NCBI RefSeq assembly: GCF_009914755.1
Contig: NC_060925.1
Direction: 5' to 3' (one strand)
DNA length: 64,000 nucleotides
From: the human T2T-CHM13v2.0 reference genome, Homo sapiens
Shown: piece after piece, positions 1 to 14,925 of the stretch
Layout: every line of letters starts with the position of its first letter
Numbering within the stretch: position 1 is the first letter of the stretch
Notes under the pieces: model-generated
The model's input: only the letters and a program-made list of their open reading frames with translations
Database searches by the model: none
Told to the model about the DNA's origin: nothing
Translations under genes and position numbers: made by a program

Positions 1-479
1 ATACTTGGACTCACTTGCTTGGCTTTCTACCATTCTCTCTCACACCTACACACAAATCACATGCTGTTTCCTTTGCTTGGAATGTCCTTCCTCCCATTTT
101 CCACATGACAATTTCCCCTTTATCCCTTAAGACTCAATTCAGAATGCACCCCAACATCCCCCAGGAAGAGTTAGTCCTTTTCTTTGCAGTTCAAGGCCTC
201 ATTGTTCATACAGCTCTTAGAGTATTTCCATATTATATTGAACTTATTAGTTTAATTGCCTTTCTTTTTCCATAGATGTGTGTTCTTAAAATTATAGGTC
301 ACAACTCATCAGTACCTTGAATTAATTTTAGTTATGGCATTCCACATTAAAAGGAAGAACAGAATAGAATACATAGAAAATATCAGAGTACATTTCATAG
401 AGTAAGAATAAATGTTTCATAAAATTTTGAGTGTGTTGTGTGAGTAGGAAGTGTATGGGGCTGCAATACAAAATGTATT

Positions 480-700
480 TTTTGAGTTTTATTTTTAATT
501 GACAAATAATAATTGTATATATTTATGGGGTACAAGGTGATATTACAATACATGTGTACATTGTGGAATAATCAAATCAGGGTAATTAGCATATGCATCA
601 TCTCAAATATTTATCATTTTTTGTGGTGAGAACATTTAAAATTCTCCCTTTCAGCTGTTTCAAAATATTCAACACAGTATTAATTATTAACTATATTCAC
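480..700 (-). mobile_element. Old L1 (L1MA-type) 3' end fragment
   Basis: T-rich start, then 'aattgtatatatttatggggtacaag...aatcaaatcagggtaattagcat', typical antisense L1MA 3'UTR; ends approximate. Confidence 0.7.
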
Positions 701-1357
701 CTTCTTCCTTTGGGTTGTGATTGAATTACTTAAAGGCAACTGCTCTATCTATGAGCTTTAAGGATAGGGATGCTGCCTTATAATCTTTGTATTCCTAGGT
801 TCTTAGATAGAATCAATTCAAAAATTCTTTATGGTACAATGAAAGAATGAATGCAAGACTGAATGAATATACATAACTTGCCTTCAAGCCAGAGAAAGTT
901 TCTTCCTTAAGATCAAAATACCAAGACTGGAGACTATATTTGACTATGCTTTAGTCGTAGTTATAGAATGAAGTGCCAGCCAGAGAACCAATCACTTTAG
1001 CAAAACCAGTATCTTCAAACACACGACTGATTGGCATCAGCAATTCCATCAAATAACTGACCATTTTATGCTTTAGAATTTCAACTTTCCTATTGGTATT
1101 TGGAAAATCTATTAAAACTATATGTGAGAATCCCCAGCCATAGCACTGGACAGCAGCTCACTTAAGAAAGTTGGCTCTCCTGACACCCTGCCTTGGTGCA
1201 AATCCTAGCTTTGCTGCTTATTAACTTACCCTCTTTAAGCCTCTGTTATATCATCTCTAAAAGGAAGAAGAGAGTACCTACATCATGAGCCCCAAATGCT
1301 TATGTTAATAGTAACCACTCAATAAACGTTAGCTATTAGCGTGTCATAATAGCTAGT

Positions 1358-1876
1358 TGTGGCAGAGACTACTGATTGCTTGCTTAATATCAGTTCTCTC
1401 CTTCATCCTTACTAACAGAATATCATCTATATTTGGGGAAGCATTGTACCTAATTAAAATATTTCTCAGTCTTTGTTTAAAGTTTTTTATTTTTAATTAT
1501 TATAGATATATACTAGTTGTGCATATTTGTGGGGTACATGTGATGTTTTGATGTGAGCATATAATGGGTAATGATCAAATCAGGGTAATTGGGTGTTGCC
1601 CTTTCCTTCTACCTTTCTTTATTCTGCCTGGAATTTGCATATGACGGCTGTAGCTGAAGCTACCATCATGGACCATTAGGCACTCTTGAGCATGAAAGCA
1701 ATGTGCTAAAAATGGCGGATCAGAAATACAGAAGGAATTTTGAGTCTCTTCTTTTGAAACCAGCTCTGGACTATAATCCTTCAAATTTCTCTTACATGAG
1801 AGAAAAATTAAAATCCATCCTATTTAAGCCACTGTTATTTTATTAAGTACACTGCTGGAACTAATTCTAAGTAATG
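1358..1876 (+). mobile_element. MLT1-type MaLR LTR interrupted by a short L1MA 3' fragment (~1480-1594)
   Basis: 'tgtggcagagact' start; MLT1-like 3' part 'tttaagccactgtta...'; internal 'gtgcatatttgtggggtacatgtgat' L1 tail. Confidence 0.55.
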
Positions 1877-3256
1877 TAGAACTCATAAATATTGGTGTTT
1901 TTTTCAGATTTTAAAACAATTTTAAAGTGAAAAATTTAACACTTAAATTAATACCCATTATGTGAAAGGTACTGAGATATATTTTTTTCTATTTAGCTCT
2001 CATAAGATTCTAGAGAGATGAAATTACTATTTTCCTTTATAGATGTTAGGAAAGTTGCAGTTCAGGTATTAAATAACATGAGCAAAAATATGTGACAAGC
2101 AGATCAAAGCCAGGTATGCCTAATTCAAAACCTCCTTTCTACCCAATAATAATTGAATATGCCTTAGGGAATACACACAGCTTATTTTCCTACTCAACAG
2201 ATATCATTGAAAATACAGGGAACACAAATTATTTTTCTACTATAACCAACACAGATGAGTCATAGAATAGGATTTAAAAATCATGTGGATTTAAAGAAAA
2301 CATGAGACACCAAGTTCAATTTGTAGGGAGGCACATCTAATGTTAGGAATTCTTAGGAAGTAAAAAGTTTGAGACGCACATTTTTCTACCACCTCCTGGG
2401 AACATAGGTGGTTGTCTTGACCCTCAAAGTTCCTTGAAAAATAATCAGCCTCTGGAGGTGGGTGGGACATTTCCATGGGTGATTTGCTGCTGAATCATCA
2501 GCCCATAATTCACTTACCTCCACTTCCGGCACTATCCTCATCCCTGGAGAATTTGCCTCCTCCTATCCATTTACCCTTCCTTGGCAATAGAAGTATCTTG
2601 ACCTCAGTGTGGGAAATGCAGCTTCTGAAAAGCCTCAGTTTTGTCAGACAATGAGAGCTGATATTATCATCATTAGTAAGAGAAAGCAATGTGCAGCCTC
2701 ATGGTTGGTGATGCTTCATCCTCAGATACTTTCTCAGCCTCCTGCCCTTCCTTCCATGGCTCTCTGCCACCTCTCACAGAGGTTTCCCTTTGTTTGATGG
2801 AAAGCAGGGGGGCCATTAAAGCCTGCCTTGGGAACATCAATGTGCTGCAGAAAAGCCTTGTTTCTGCCCAGAGGCAGCATGGTATAGAAGACAGAACCTG
2901 ACTCACCTGTTACTGTGTCTCCTAAAAAGCAAATTACTTTTTAAAGCCAATGTTACAAAGTTACTATTAATTATTTTTATTATAAAAGTAATACATGCTA
3001 CTATACAAAAATAAAAGTAAAAAGCAAAAAATAAAAAGTAAAAGTTAACCTTGCCCTCAAGGCCATTTCTATCTACTAGAAACATCCACACCCACATCTT
3101 ACTATTGTCCATAAATTCACAAGTGTATATAAGTATGTGCATAAGTGCTTTAGTGGGGAGTCTACTATATATATAATCCTGCCATTTTCTAGTTCACTTA
3201 ACAATATATTTTGAGCATCTTTCCAAATCAGTCCATTGCCTTTTTCAATAACTTCT

Positions 3257-3637
3257 GTAACAGTTGTGAACTAGAATATCACAGACTGGGTAACTTATAA
3301 AGAACATATATTTATTTCTTACAGTGCTTGAAACTGGAAAGTCAAAGGTTAAGGAGCCCACATCCAGAAAGAGTTTTCTTGCTTTGTCATCCCGTGGTGG
3401 GTGGCAGAGGAGTAAGGGAGTGCACACAAGAAAGAGGGGAAAGAGGCTGAACTCATTCTTTTATCAGAAATCCACTCCTGTGATAACTCACCCACTTCCA
3501 CCACAGTGACATTAACCTACCTATGAGGGCAGAGCCCTCATCCCTAGTCATGTCTTAAAAATCCTGCCTCTCAAGGCTGTTGTCTTGGAGATTAAGTTTC
3601 CAACACATGACCTTTGGGGGACACATTCAACCATAGC
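3257..3637 (-). mobile_element. MST/MLT1A-type MaLR LTR
   Basis: 'cacagactgggtaacttataaagaa...gggggacacattcaaccatagca' hallmark motifs. Confidence 0.7.
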
Positions 3638-4070
3638 AGTATCTCATTGTATGGATACACCATAAATTATAAATTCATTTTCCATTGATAGAAACCTAGA
3701 TTGTTTTCAGTTTGTTTTAAATTCACAAAAATATTTGCCAAATACTTGATAGAGTCAAGTTGTCTTCAACAAATAGCCAAAGAAAAAGAACCCCAAAGGA
3801 AAGCATATATTAGTTAAAAAGAAAAGACTCTAAGTGTCCAGCATATGTATTAAAAAGTTACTAAACCTCATGATTCATGAAATATAAACTAAAGAACCCT
3901 TGATGGGATGTCATTTTTACCCATCAAATTGGAAAAAAAATAAAGTATATAATAAACAATATTACCAGGGTGTGGGGAAAAGTCACAATCGATTTTGTGC
4001 AATCCTTTTTGAAGGGCAATTTGGTGGAATCTTGTCACAATTTTACATGAACATAGGCAGGAATATATAA

Positions 4071-4424
4071 ATATATGTATGTGTGCACACATATATGTGT
4101 ATATATATGCATGTGTGTACACATATATGTGTATATATATGCATGTGTGTACACACATATGTGTATATATATGCATGTGTGTACACACATATGTGTATAT
4201 ATATGCATGTGTGTACACATATATGTGTATATATATGCATGTGTGTACACATATATGTGTGTATATATGCATGTGTGTGCACATATATGTGTATATATGT
4301 ATGTGTGTGCACATATATGTGTATATATGTATGTGTGTGCACATATATGTGTATATATGTATGTGTGTGCATATATGTGTATATATGTATGTGTATGCAT
4401 ATATGTGTACACACACACACATAT
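4071..4424. repeat. Strictly alternating purine-pyrimidine minisatellite (32-bp then 30-bp units)
   Basis: GCATGTGTGTACACATATATGTGTATATATAT-like units start at 4109, 4141, 4173, 4205, 4237; 30-bp variants from 4269. Confidence 0.95.
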
Positions 4425-7049
4425 TGACATTTATTGAAGTTTATAATTGGAATAGTTACCTAACAACTCTGAATTGTCATTGTCACATATGTAAGAAGAG
4501 AATAACAATACTTACATTGCCAGGTTGTTATTGTTAGAGATCATATACTTAAAGTTCTTGGAATGGTGCCTGAGCATAGCCAGGGTTTAGTAAGAGGCAG
4601 CTATCATGATTCTCAGGAAATCCAATTTCTTCTCATCTCAGCTGGAGACATAGATTTGGTGACTCCTTTACAATATCAGACTAGGGGGAAGCAGCATGAA
4701 ACACAGGCATAGCCCCGTAAAGTCAGAAGTCTGGTCTCCTAACCCCGCCTTTGCCACTTGCCACTGTGGAGCCCTGGAGAAGTCACTTAACCCTATCAGA
4801 TCTTCTTTTTCCTTTCTGTAAAATAAAGAAAGTAATACTTTACTACCATTTTGCAAGGTCCTTGCAAACAGAAATAAGTCTAGGTTTATATAAATTACTT
4901 AGTGAGATGATTTAAAAATACCACCCAGAAGGAACCTAGACAAATCACCTGTCAACTTCCACGAAATCACATTTGATCCTATCATTACTATTGGGTTTTG
5001 ATGTATGAATGGGAGGTGCCATAGAACCATTAGCAATAGATGTTTATTTTTTTCCTGTCCATTTCCCAAAGTATTTTCCACAGTACTGACATTCCCTAGT
5101 ATGTTAAAAGATACAAAGTAAGGAAGAAAAACATTAAAAACAACAACAAAAAAAAAAATTAAAAAAAAACCTTTAGGCCAAAAGGGTATAAAAGACTTGA
5201 CCAAATAAATTTAAACAGTCCTCCTTACTTTTCTTTAAGCAGACTTTTCACAATACTATTCTATGTGGTAAAACTCTTAGGGAGATATAATATGAGTCTT
5301 CAACTCATACTTGACTATAGATGCCTTTTGCATGAAACACCTCAAAGAGCTGAGTTCTGTTGAACTCAGGCAGCAAAAAGGCTGTTATGAAGCATCTTTC
5401 TAGAAAGATTTAGCTTTAAATTCTAACTCAAATATTTCTTCCAAAAGCCTGGTGTTGAGGGGGTACTATTTCAGAGGATCCAATGCTACCTGAGCATAAA
5501 ATGTATAAAGGGCAATGTGGTTGATTGTACTGGGGCAAGATGAGATCCTTGAGCCGAGTCTTAAAGGATGAATAGATATTTGCCAAGTAGGCAAAATGGA
5601 ACCATCTCCAAGAGTAATTATTTGACATAATTTAATGTGCAACAACATCCTCATCACTTTCTTCCAGATATTTCACAGTTGCAATCAGTGGAAATTATGT
5701 GACTAATTCAAGCCAATAAACATCATTGCATTCCAACTCATTGGGAAGAATAGGAATCATGAAAACACAGTCATCATCCTAAAGAAATTAATAATGTAAT
5801 GATGAGAAAGGCATATAAAAATAACTCTAACAAGCAGAAAAAATCAATGTATGCTATTAATAGAGGTATAAGGTGTTATGGAAGCACAGAGGAAATAGTT
5901 TAACTTTGATTTATGAGAATGAGTTAGGGGAAGAATTCAGAGGAGGAGGTGGAGATAGATGCAACTGATCATTTCCCTAAATTGCTTTTATATGCAACTG
6001 AATTATTTTTCTCACTCCAGGCCAGGAGCTGAAGCCATAACAGACTGTTAAAGTAGAATGTATAAAGGCTGAATGAGGTTAGTCATATTTTATTACCCTT
6101 CAGATGACACATTTTTACCCTATACTTGCTTTTACTAAGACTCCATTGACAGGCAGGACTCACAGAGAAAACGTTACGGGAAGGACGAACTCTTTCTCAT
6201 TAATATCTGGAATTTAAGATTAGTAAAAAGGAAGAGTTAGAGTGGCTTTAGAGTTCCCCATTTTAGTTTACTGTTGGGAAGGAAAGGGTTCCCTTCTATC
6301 AAGCTCACTTAATGTATCCAATTTTTAGAGGGTTTTATGCTTTACAAATTAGTTTTGATTACTCAGCAAGAACTTAATGCTACCTTCCTTGGGTTAGGAA
6401 CACGACAGACTCTTGAAGGATTGGTATGAGATTGAATTTATTCTGACCATCTGAGTTTATAGAGAGAAAACTGTGGTTCAGAGTTGATAAAGGATTTGAC
6501 AGAGTACTGCCTTTAGACCCAAGAAACAGAGGGAAGAGGTCTTTTGTTGATTCAAAGGGCTCCACTATGGCCCTTTTCTGACTATGTTCCTCTGGGAATG
6601 GAGAATCTACAAGGTAGAGAAGGGCCCAGCTGGAACCTTCTATTTTGACCAAGCCATGAGTACCTGGAACCCTGGATTTCTTGCCCAAATGGTCCAAATC
6701 CTGCCTCCAGGGCCTACATAGGTTTCTTCAAAGTGTCTGTCCTTCTGAAAGTGGATGTCGCTGTAGATATGCATACCCCTAGGCCCAAAAGGTGGCCAAT
6801 AGGTAGCTGTTTGCAGCAGGTGGGTATCTGCTTGGACTTGTGATCTGGGTGTTCACCTGCATGCCCTCAAGACCCCTTGTAGTCCATGGAGAAGAAAAGG
6901 GGGACAGGCTTCAGGGTGGGGGGTAATGGCTGGCTCACCCCACACCCTCGTAGTCCAAGGTAGTTTTCTGAGGAGTAGAAGAATTTTAAATTTAATTCTG
7001 AATTGTCAAGATAGGATAATAGAACATATTCTATCTAATAGTTTGTTGG

Positions 7050-10000
7050 CTGGATGTTTTGAAAGTTTTGGGTTTAAGACCCCTTTATACTCTTAAACAT
7101 TATTGAAGACCCCCAAAGAGCTTGTATATATGTGGGTAATATTTCTTTATATTTATCACATTAAAAAGCAGAATTAAATATGTTAAGTATTTATAATTTA
7201 TTTATTTAAAAAGCAGTTAAGAACTTATAGTTGATATAAATAACATATTCTTATGAAAGATACTATATTTTTCAATACAAAAAGTTAGAAAGAAGAGTGG
7301 TATTGTTTTACATTTTTGCAACTTCATCACCTGATTTAAAGAAAGACAGTGGGTTTTTCTGTCCACTTCAGCATTCAATCTGTTGTGATACGTAGTCTTA
7401 ATTGACATATTTGAAGAAAATCTGGCTTCACGCAGATACATAGTTGGAAAAAGAAGAAATATTTTTATAGCCTTTTTACATAATTATGTATATTCTTTTT
7501 TTTGCTTCCACACCAATACTGACAAATAGTAATTTCTTAAAGATGTTTCCCAATGTAAATTCTGAAACCATGTGAAATAAATTTTAATACTTGTTACATT
7601 ATGCATTAATTAGTTGTTTGGTAAATATTGGTTCACTAAGTTACACAGATCTCCCAAACATTGATATATTTCCTTACACAATATTTCTTAAACAGCTTTA
7701 TTGAGGTATGATTGACATGTAAAAAGTGGTACATATTTAAAGTGTACAACTTGATAAGTATGCTCCCATGAAACTATCACCACAATCTGTGACATAAACC
7801 TATCCATTACCTGTAAAATTTCTCCCACCTTTTTATTTATTATTAGTATTTGCATGTGTGTGATAAGAACACAACATAAGATCCACCCTCAGCATCTTTT
7901 AAGTATAAAATATAATATTAACTATAGGCAGTATATGGTACAGTAGATCTCTAGGACTTACTCAATTTGTACATCAGGAACTTCGTACCTTTTGACTAAT
8001 ATCTCCCTATTTTCCCTTTCCTCTGTCTCCTGACAACCACCATTTTACTTTCTGCTTCTGTGAGTTTGACTATTTTAGATTCTTCGTGTAAGTGGCATCA
8101 TGTAATATTTGTTCTTCTGTATCTGGCTTATTTTACTTAACATAATATCCTTCAGGTTCATCCAAGTTGCCACAAGTGGCAGGATTTTCTTCTTCTTTTT
8201 AAGGCTAAATATTGTATGTGGATACTATATTTTCTTCATCCATTATTCTGTCAATGAACAATTGGTTGATTCCATATCTTGGCTGTTGTGAATAATGCTG
8301 CAATGAACATGGCAATGAAGATATATCTTTAAGCTTCTGATTTCAATTCCTTTTGATATACACCCAGAAGTGGGATTGCTGGATCATGTAGTAGTTCTAT
8401 GTTTAATTTTTTAAAGAAACCTCCATATTGCTTTCCATAATGGCTGTGCTAATTTACATTCCCACCAACAGTGTACAAGGATTCCTTTTCTCCACATCCT
8501 CATAAACATTTATTATCTTTTGTTTTTTGATAATAGCCATTCTACAAAGTGTGAGGGGATACCTCATTGTGGTTTCCAATTGCCTTTCCCTGATGACTAG
8601 TGATGTTTAACACCTTTTCATGTACCTGTTAACAATTTGTATGTCCTCTGTGGGGAATGTCTATTCAGTTTGTTTTGTCCATTTTTTAAATTGGGTTATT
8701 ATTAATATTATTTTGCTATTGAGTTGCATGAGTTTCTTATATATTTTGGTATTAACCCTTTATCAGATATGTGGTTTGCAAATATTTTCTCTCACTCTAT
8801 AAGTTGCCTTTTTATATTGTTGATTTTTTTCCTTTGCTACGTAGAAGCTTTTTAGTTTAATGTAACTTGTCTATTTTTGCTTTTGTTGCTTGTGCTTTTG
8901 GTGTCATGTCCAATAAATCATTGCCAAGACCAATGTCAGGAAGGTTTTCCCTATGTTTTCTCTTAGGAGTTTTATAGTTTCAGGTTTTATGTTTAAGTCT
9001 TTAATCCATTTTGAATTGATTTTTGTTTATGTTGTAAGGTTGTAAAATAAGGGTTTAATTTAATTTTATTTTTTCATGCGGATACAATTTTCCCAACACC
9101 ATTTATTGAAGAGACTACTCTTTTTCCAGTATGTGTTCTTGGCACTCTTCTCAGAATTCGTGTCTGTATATGTGTAGGTTAGTTTATTTCTGGGCTTTTT
9201 ATTCTGTTCCACTGGTATATTTGCCTGTTTTTATGTCTGTATCATACTGTTTTGATTACTGTTGCTTTGTAATCTATATTGAAATAAGGAAGTATGATGC
9301 CTTGAGCTTTGTTCTTCTTGCTCAAAATGGCTTTGGCTATATAGGATCTTTAGTAGTTCCTTTGATAGTTCCTAAAATCCTATAAATTTTAGGATTGTTG
9401 TTTCTATTTCTGTAAAAACTAGCATTGGGATTTTGATAGGGATTGCATTAAATCTGTAGATCACTTTAGGTAGTATGGATATTTTAATAATATCAATTTA
9501 TCCAATCCATGAACACAGGATATCTTTGCATGTATTTGTGTCTGCTTTAATGTCTTTCATCAGTGTTTTTTAGTTTTTAGTGTATAAGCCTTTCATGTCT
9601 GTATTAATTTTATTTCTAAGTATTTATTCTTTTTGATGCTATTATAAATGAAGTTGTTTTCTTAATTTCCTTTTTGAATAATTCATTGTTAGGCTGTACA
9701 ATATTTTAAAAATCCATTAATTGTTAAGTACCAACACTGAAAGAAAAGAAAACACTAATATAACCACTCATCTCATCAGAAAAGTCATTCAGTATAGGGA
9801 AGCTGACAAGCTCATGGTAACAGATACAAGTTTTCTAAAATTTTATTTTTACTAACAGGTCCAATTTTATCTTAGGCAACAAATACTATCAGTTGTTTTC
9901 TTTGAAGTGATAGGTTCATTTCGTTCATATTTGAGAAAATTTCCAACAAATACTCAAGTCTGAATTGCTATAGTTTGTCTGTCAGTCCTTTTTTCAGGTA

Positions 10001-10430
10001 AAAATGTTTCTTAAAAATGGGGGATGAGGAGTAGGTCACCCACCACTCAAGCAATTGCACAAGTGCTTTTCCTCCAGATAACATTGTATTTTAGGCTGCA
10101 GCAAAGTGCTTTATGAGAAGTTTCCATTTCATCTTACAGTGTATTTAAAAAATCTTACAGAATATTTTAAATACAAGAACTCAAAGATTAAGATTTAATA
10201 AAATTAATTTTACTATTTACTGTTTTTACCAAGGAAAATTTTTAGAGAAACCTTTTTATTTCTTTTCTGTGAGTAAAGGATATGACTACAAGAACAATTT
10301 AGTGCCTCAATTCATGCAAAAATATCAGCACTTTTATACTATATTTCTTTGCAAGCAGCAGTAGCAGTTTAAATGTCAACAGAGTTAAAAAGGACTCAGG
10401 GACCCCTAGGAGTCTGTGGACCAGAGGCTG
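7050..10430 (+). mobile_element. Charlie1-like hAT DNA transposon split by an L1 insertion
   Basis: 'gacccctttatactcttaaacattattgaagacccccaaagagctt' near the left end and 'ggactcagggacccctaggagtctgtggacca' near the right end. Confidence 0.65.
7687..9697 (-). mobile_element. 5'-truncated old L1 (L1MB-like), ~2 kb
   Basis: Antisense L1 3'UTR and ORF2 remnants; flanking repeat ACAATATTT at 7678-7686 and 9698-9706. Confidence 0.85.
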
Positions 10431-11187
10431 ATTTAGACACATAATATGTGTGCTGCCATTTGTATTTTTGCCTTAAGCCATGAAAATAAATGTTAGGGTT
10501 TGAGCCTGTTGCCAAAGGTGGCTTACAGAAAGTCAAAATCAACATATACAATATAATTAAATATACATATTTTTACTAATGTGTGTATTGTATGCATTAA
10601 TAAATTATATGTGTACACATATATTGTATGAACATATACAATATAATTAAATAATAAAGATGTACTTTGCCATAGTATTGGTTATAAGCACAACTGAATT
10701 TAAAGAATAGCAATATCAGTATGGACTGGAGTATTTGAGAGAAAGTTCAAGAATAAATGAAACTTTATCTGGATCTTTGTAAAGATGAACAGGATTTAGA
10801 AAAGTGAAAGAGCAAAGGGAATGAGAGGAAGAAGATAACTTTTATACTACATATATTAAGATTTCCCATCCTGTTTTCTCTCCCAAATTTCAACACCCCA
10901 TGAGTATTTCCACTCAATGATGTTCAGACAACTCAATCTCAATTTGTCCAGAAGTAAAATCAGCATCCAGGACAGTTCCTAGAATGCTTCCCCTGTGTGC
11001 CTACCTAAGATCACTCAAAGCTTTGTGACTGGCTCTTACTTCCCGTTCCCTCTATTTTCTCTCCTTACCCTCCTCACTAATAAGATGCTATTTCCAAATA
11101 AGGATCAGATGTATGTCATTTTCTTACTTGTTTTCTGGCTTCGACTCTTATTCTCTTACTGAGGTTCTACCAGAGATATCATTCTAA

Positions 11188-11568
<381 letters not shown>

Positions 11569-13278
11569 CATGTTTCTTAGCCTGCTGTGTCTGTTAGACA
11601 AACCCTGTAGACTAACCTGCTGCTCTACTCTTGCCTCATGATCTAAATGGTTCACCACTCTCTGAATACACATGCAGTTCAATGCCTTTTGCCTTCCCGT
11701 GGAATGCTTTCTGTCTGAAACATTTTTCTATTTAGCTTACACATTTGGAAACATCTGACTGTGTTTTAGAACTCAATGCAAGAGTCACATCCTTGGAGGC
11801 AAATCACCGACCATTATCTGAGCCCTCAACTGTCCCACTCCTGTGGAACCTTATTAATTTTCTTGACTCCTTGCTCCAACTAGACTGTGTGGTCTTCTTG
11901 ATTTGAATATGATATCTGATTGGTCTTTGTAATCCCAGTACTACAGTAAGTTCTCAGCAACATTTTTAAAAGTAAATAAATAGTATCAAGTTCTTTTCTG
12001 ATTTTCATGGGGCTAAAGGCTAAAGGGGCATCAGAATATCTAAAGGGCATGGAGGAGAGGATGGAAAACAAAGTTGGGAGACTTTTTAATGTTGCCAAAT
12101 TTCCCATGGGTGTGCCCTTTATTTTAAGTGGGAAGATAGAGGTTTCAGTCCCGGAGCCATGTAAAAATTGAGAAGCACTGCCTTGAGCCTTTTGATACAT
12201 AACAGTAAACTGAATGGATTAAGAATTTATTATAACTTCATTTTTTAAAATATAGTTCACTTTGCTCAGAGAACACTTGGTATTGAGGCATTCTTATATG
12301 GATGGGGTGAAATTTGAGGACTGGGGAGTGATAGCAGATATTGAGATATATGGGGGGATATGCTTGATGGTCCAGGTTGATTTTTTAAAGTAAGATGTCA
12401 ACTTCCCCTTAAGAAAGTTAATAAATTGTACAAAGAAGAATTAGTGATTAATTACACAGAATAAATGAGGTGAGAGTATATTTAGGGCAATAATGAAAGA
12501 CAAATACCATGTTGCTAACTACCATCAAGTTCCGGGTTAGAGCCTAAGTTGAAGAATCAGTTTTGCATGATGCTGTTAAGTGTTAGTCCTAATTTTTAGA
12601 TAGAGAAACAGGCTTAGAAGAGGAAGGGAACTTGTTAAAGGTCATGTGGTAAATTCATGACAGCTCCAACACAGTCCAAATTCTTAGACTGGAGTCCATT
12701 CCAATGTGCTTTACTGTTCCCTTAGTCACTGCACTGTGCTTTCTGACAAGCTAGAGCCCCACGAGTCATGAAACAAACTACAGGATGTTCCTGAGGGCAA
12801 TGTTTTTGTTTAGATGACAGCTTTGGAAACCAAAACAGAAAACCAACACAACAAAACAACAATGACATTCTAAAGGCACTACCTAGTGACAATGTGGCTA
12901 CATTGTTTCAGATAATGATGATAATAAATTCTGCTTTTAATCTCCCCTGTGGGACCACTTCTTTAGGAATAAAAACACTTTGTAACACATTTTACATGGC
13001 TAAAAAAGCCAGGCTGACAGTCCTGCAAATATAGGACCACAGTTTATTCTATCAGACTCAGCTTTGTAAAGTATCACTTTAGTTGGACTGTCTCTAACAC
13101 GATTTCCTTTAATTTCTCCAAACCTTGCACAGGTTCTGTTTGTCTCATTTCACAGACTGTAACACAAGTATAAAATTGGAGGTAGATTGTCCTTTGATCA
13201 GTGGTCCCAGCAAAAAGCTGTTAGTCCCAGGTCAGAGAGGCTTGACCTCTATAAGTAGGAAGCTATGACCTAGTCAGT

Positions 13279-13729
13279 TGTTGTGGGTTGAATTCTGCCC
13301 TCAAAAAAGATATGTTTAAGTCCTAAATCCCAGCATCTTGAATGTAACCTTATTTGGAATTAGGATCTTTGCAGGTGTAATCAAGTTAGATGAGATCACA
13401 CCAGGTTAGGGTGGTCCCTTAGTTAATATGACTGGTGTCCTTATAAGAAGACAAAGATGTGGACACAGACACAGAAGGAGAATGCCATGTGACAGTGGAG
13501 GCAGAGATTGGAGCAATGCATCTACAAGCCAAGGAATGTCAAGGACTGCTGGCAACCATCAGAATCTAGAAAAGACAAGGAAGCATCTTCCTTTACAGGC
13601 TTTGGAGACAGCTTGGTCCAGTTGACACCTTGATTTGAGATTTCTAGCATTTCTAACTTTGAGAGAGTCAATTTCTGTTATTATAAGCCACCCCATATTT
13701 TGTTATGGCAGTCTTAGGGAATGAATACA
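13279..13729 (+). mobile_element. MLT1C/D-type solo LTR
   Basis: TG...CA termini; perfect 5-bp TSD TCAGT (13274-13278, 13730-13734); 'taagccacccca...tgttatggcag' 3' motif. Confidence 0.9.
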
Positions 13730-14402
13730 TCAGTATATTCTTATGAGCAGTTATTGGATGGGGATATATAGTTGATCCTTAGGCTGGGATAATCCTGCCT
13801 TTACTAAAAGGAAACTGAGAGCCAATAGGGCAAGCTCCCTGACACCTAGAAGACAACATTGAAGCTCCACACAAGGCCCTCTAAGGTGAAACTCCTATCT
13901 ACCTGCTCTGCTTCTTGTCTTACCGATCCCTCGTGCTCTAGGCCCTTGGAGCATACTTCTTCCCATATAAGCCATGCCCTTTCACACCCCCAAGACATAG
14001 CACTCACTCTGCACTCTTCTCAGAAAAGCTGACCCTTCACTTGTGCACCTGAGGAGTGACTGCCTACGTTTCATGTCTGAGGTTAAGCATCACAACTTTC
14101 ATGAAAGCAACTTCCTCTGATTCCCTAGACAAATACCGTGTCTCCTATGTGCCCTCTGGAAAGATGTTATATCATTTTATGACGTTTCTTATTTTTCTGT
14201 CCACTATAGTAGTGTTTCTTGTGTGTTGACACCCACAAAGGGCTCTAATGAAAGAAAAATGTTCAGATCCCTCCCAGGCATAGGCTTGTGTTCTACCTAA
14301 GTGAAGACCAGGTAGATTTCAGTGAACTGAATTCCATAAGTAGAGGGTACATGCAATATTATCCAGTGTCTGAGAATCCACAGGGTTTGTCTAAATCCAT
14401 AG

Positions 14403-14610
14403 GTTTGTTCTCAACCTAAGCCATGTTGATATTTTGGACAGGAGAATTCTTTGTTGTGGGGGCTGTGGTGTGCATTGCAAGATGATTAGCAGCATCCCCG
14501 GCCTTGACCCGCTAGATGCCAGTAGCACTCCCCTGTTGTGACAAGCAAAAATGGCTCCAGACATTGCCAAATGCCTCCAGGAAAGCAGCAGTGAGACTCA
14601 CCAGTTGAAA
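14403..14610. mobile_element. MER20 hAT MITE
   Basis: 'ttctttgttgtgggggctgt...gctagatgccagtagcac...ctccagacattgccaaatg' matches MER20 as recalled. Confidence 0.85.
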
Positions 14611-14714
14611 TGAATAGATACAATTGTTAAAGAGCCATAGAGCATGCCAAAGCAAGGCAGGGGGAATGAGCTATTGGCCCTTTCATATCTTAAATATATA
14701 AGCCCTCCTTAAGT

Positions 14715-14925
14715 AAGGCGGTGTGGTATAATAGAAAGAATGGGCTTAGCCAGCCCAGAGTTTATACTCCAGCTCTGCTATTTAATAGCCATGTGATTCT
14801 AAGACTTTAACTTCTGTGAGTCTCAGTTCCTCATGTTTGTTATCATGAGGATGGACTAACTGATAAAATACCTGAAGTGCCTGACTAAAGGCCTGGCACA
14901 TAGCAAGTGCTCGATAAATATCAGT
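14715..14925 (+). mobile_element. MIR SINE (one of many MIR/L2 remnants not all listed)
   Basis: 'ccagctctgcta...ctgtgagtctcagttcctc...gcctggcacatagcaagtgctcgataaat' MIR core and tail. Confidence 0.75.

Noticed and set aside
3889-4537. Overlapping 114-177 aa ORFs rich in H/I/Y/T or C/V/M
   Set aside because: Artefact of the RY repeat, which has no stop codons.
10541-10652. 22-bp direct repeat AACATATACAATATAATTAAAT, 90 bp apart
   Set aside because: Lies in AT-rich low-complexity sequence; most likely a neutral local duplication.
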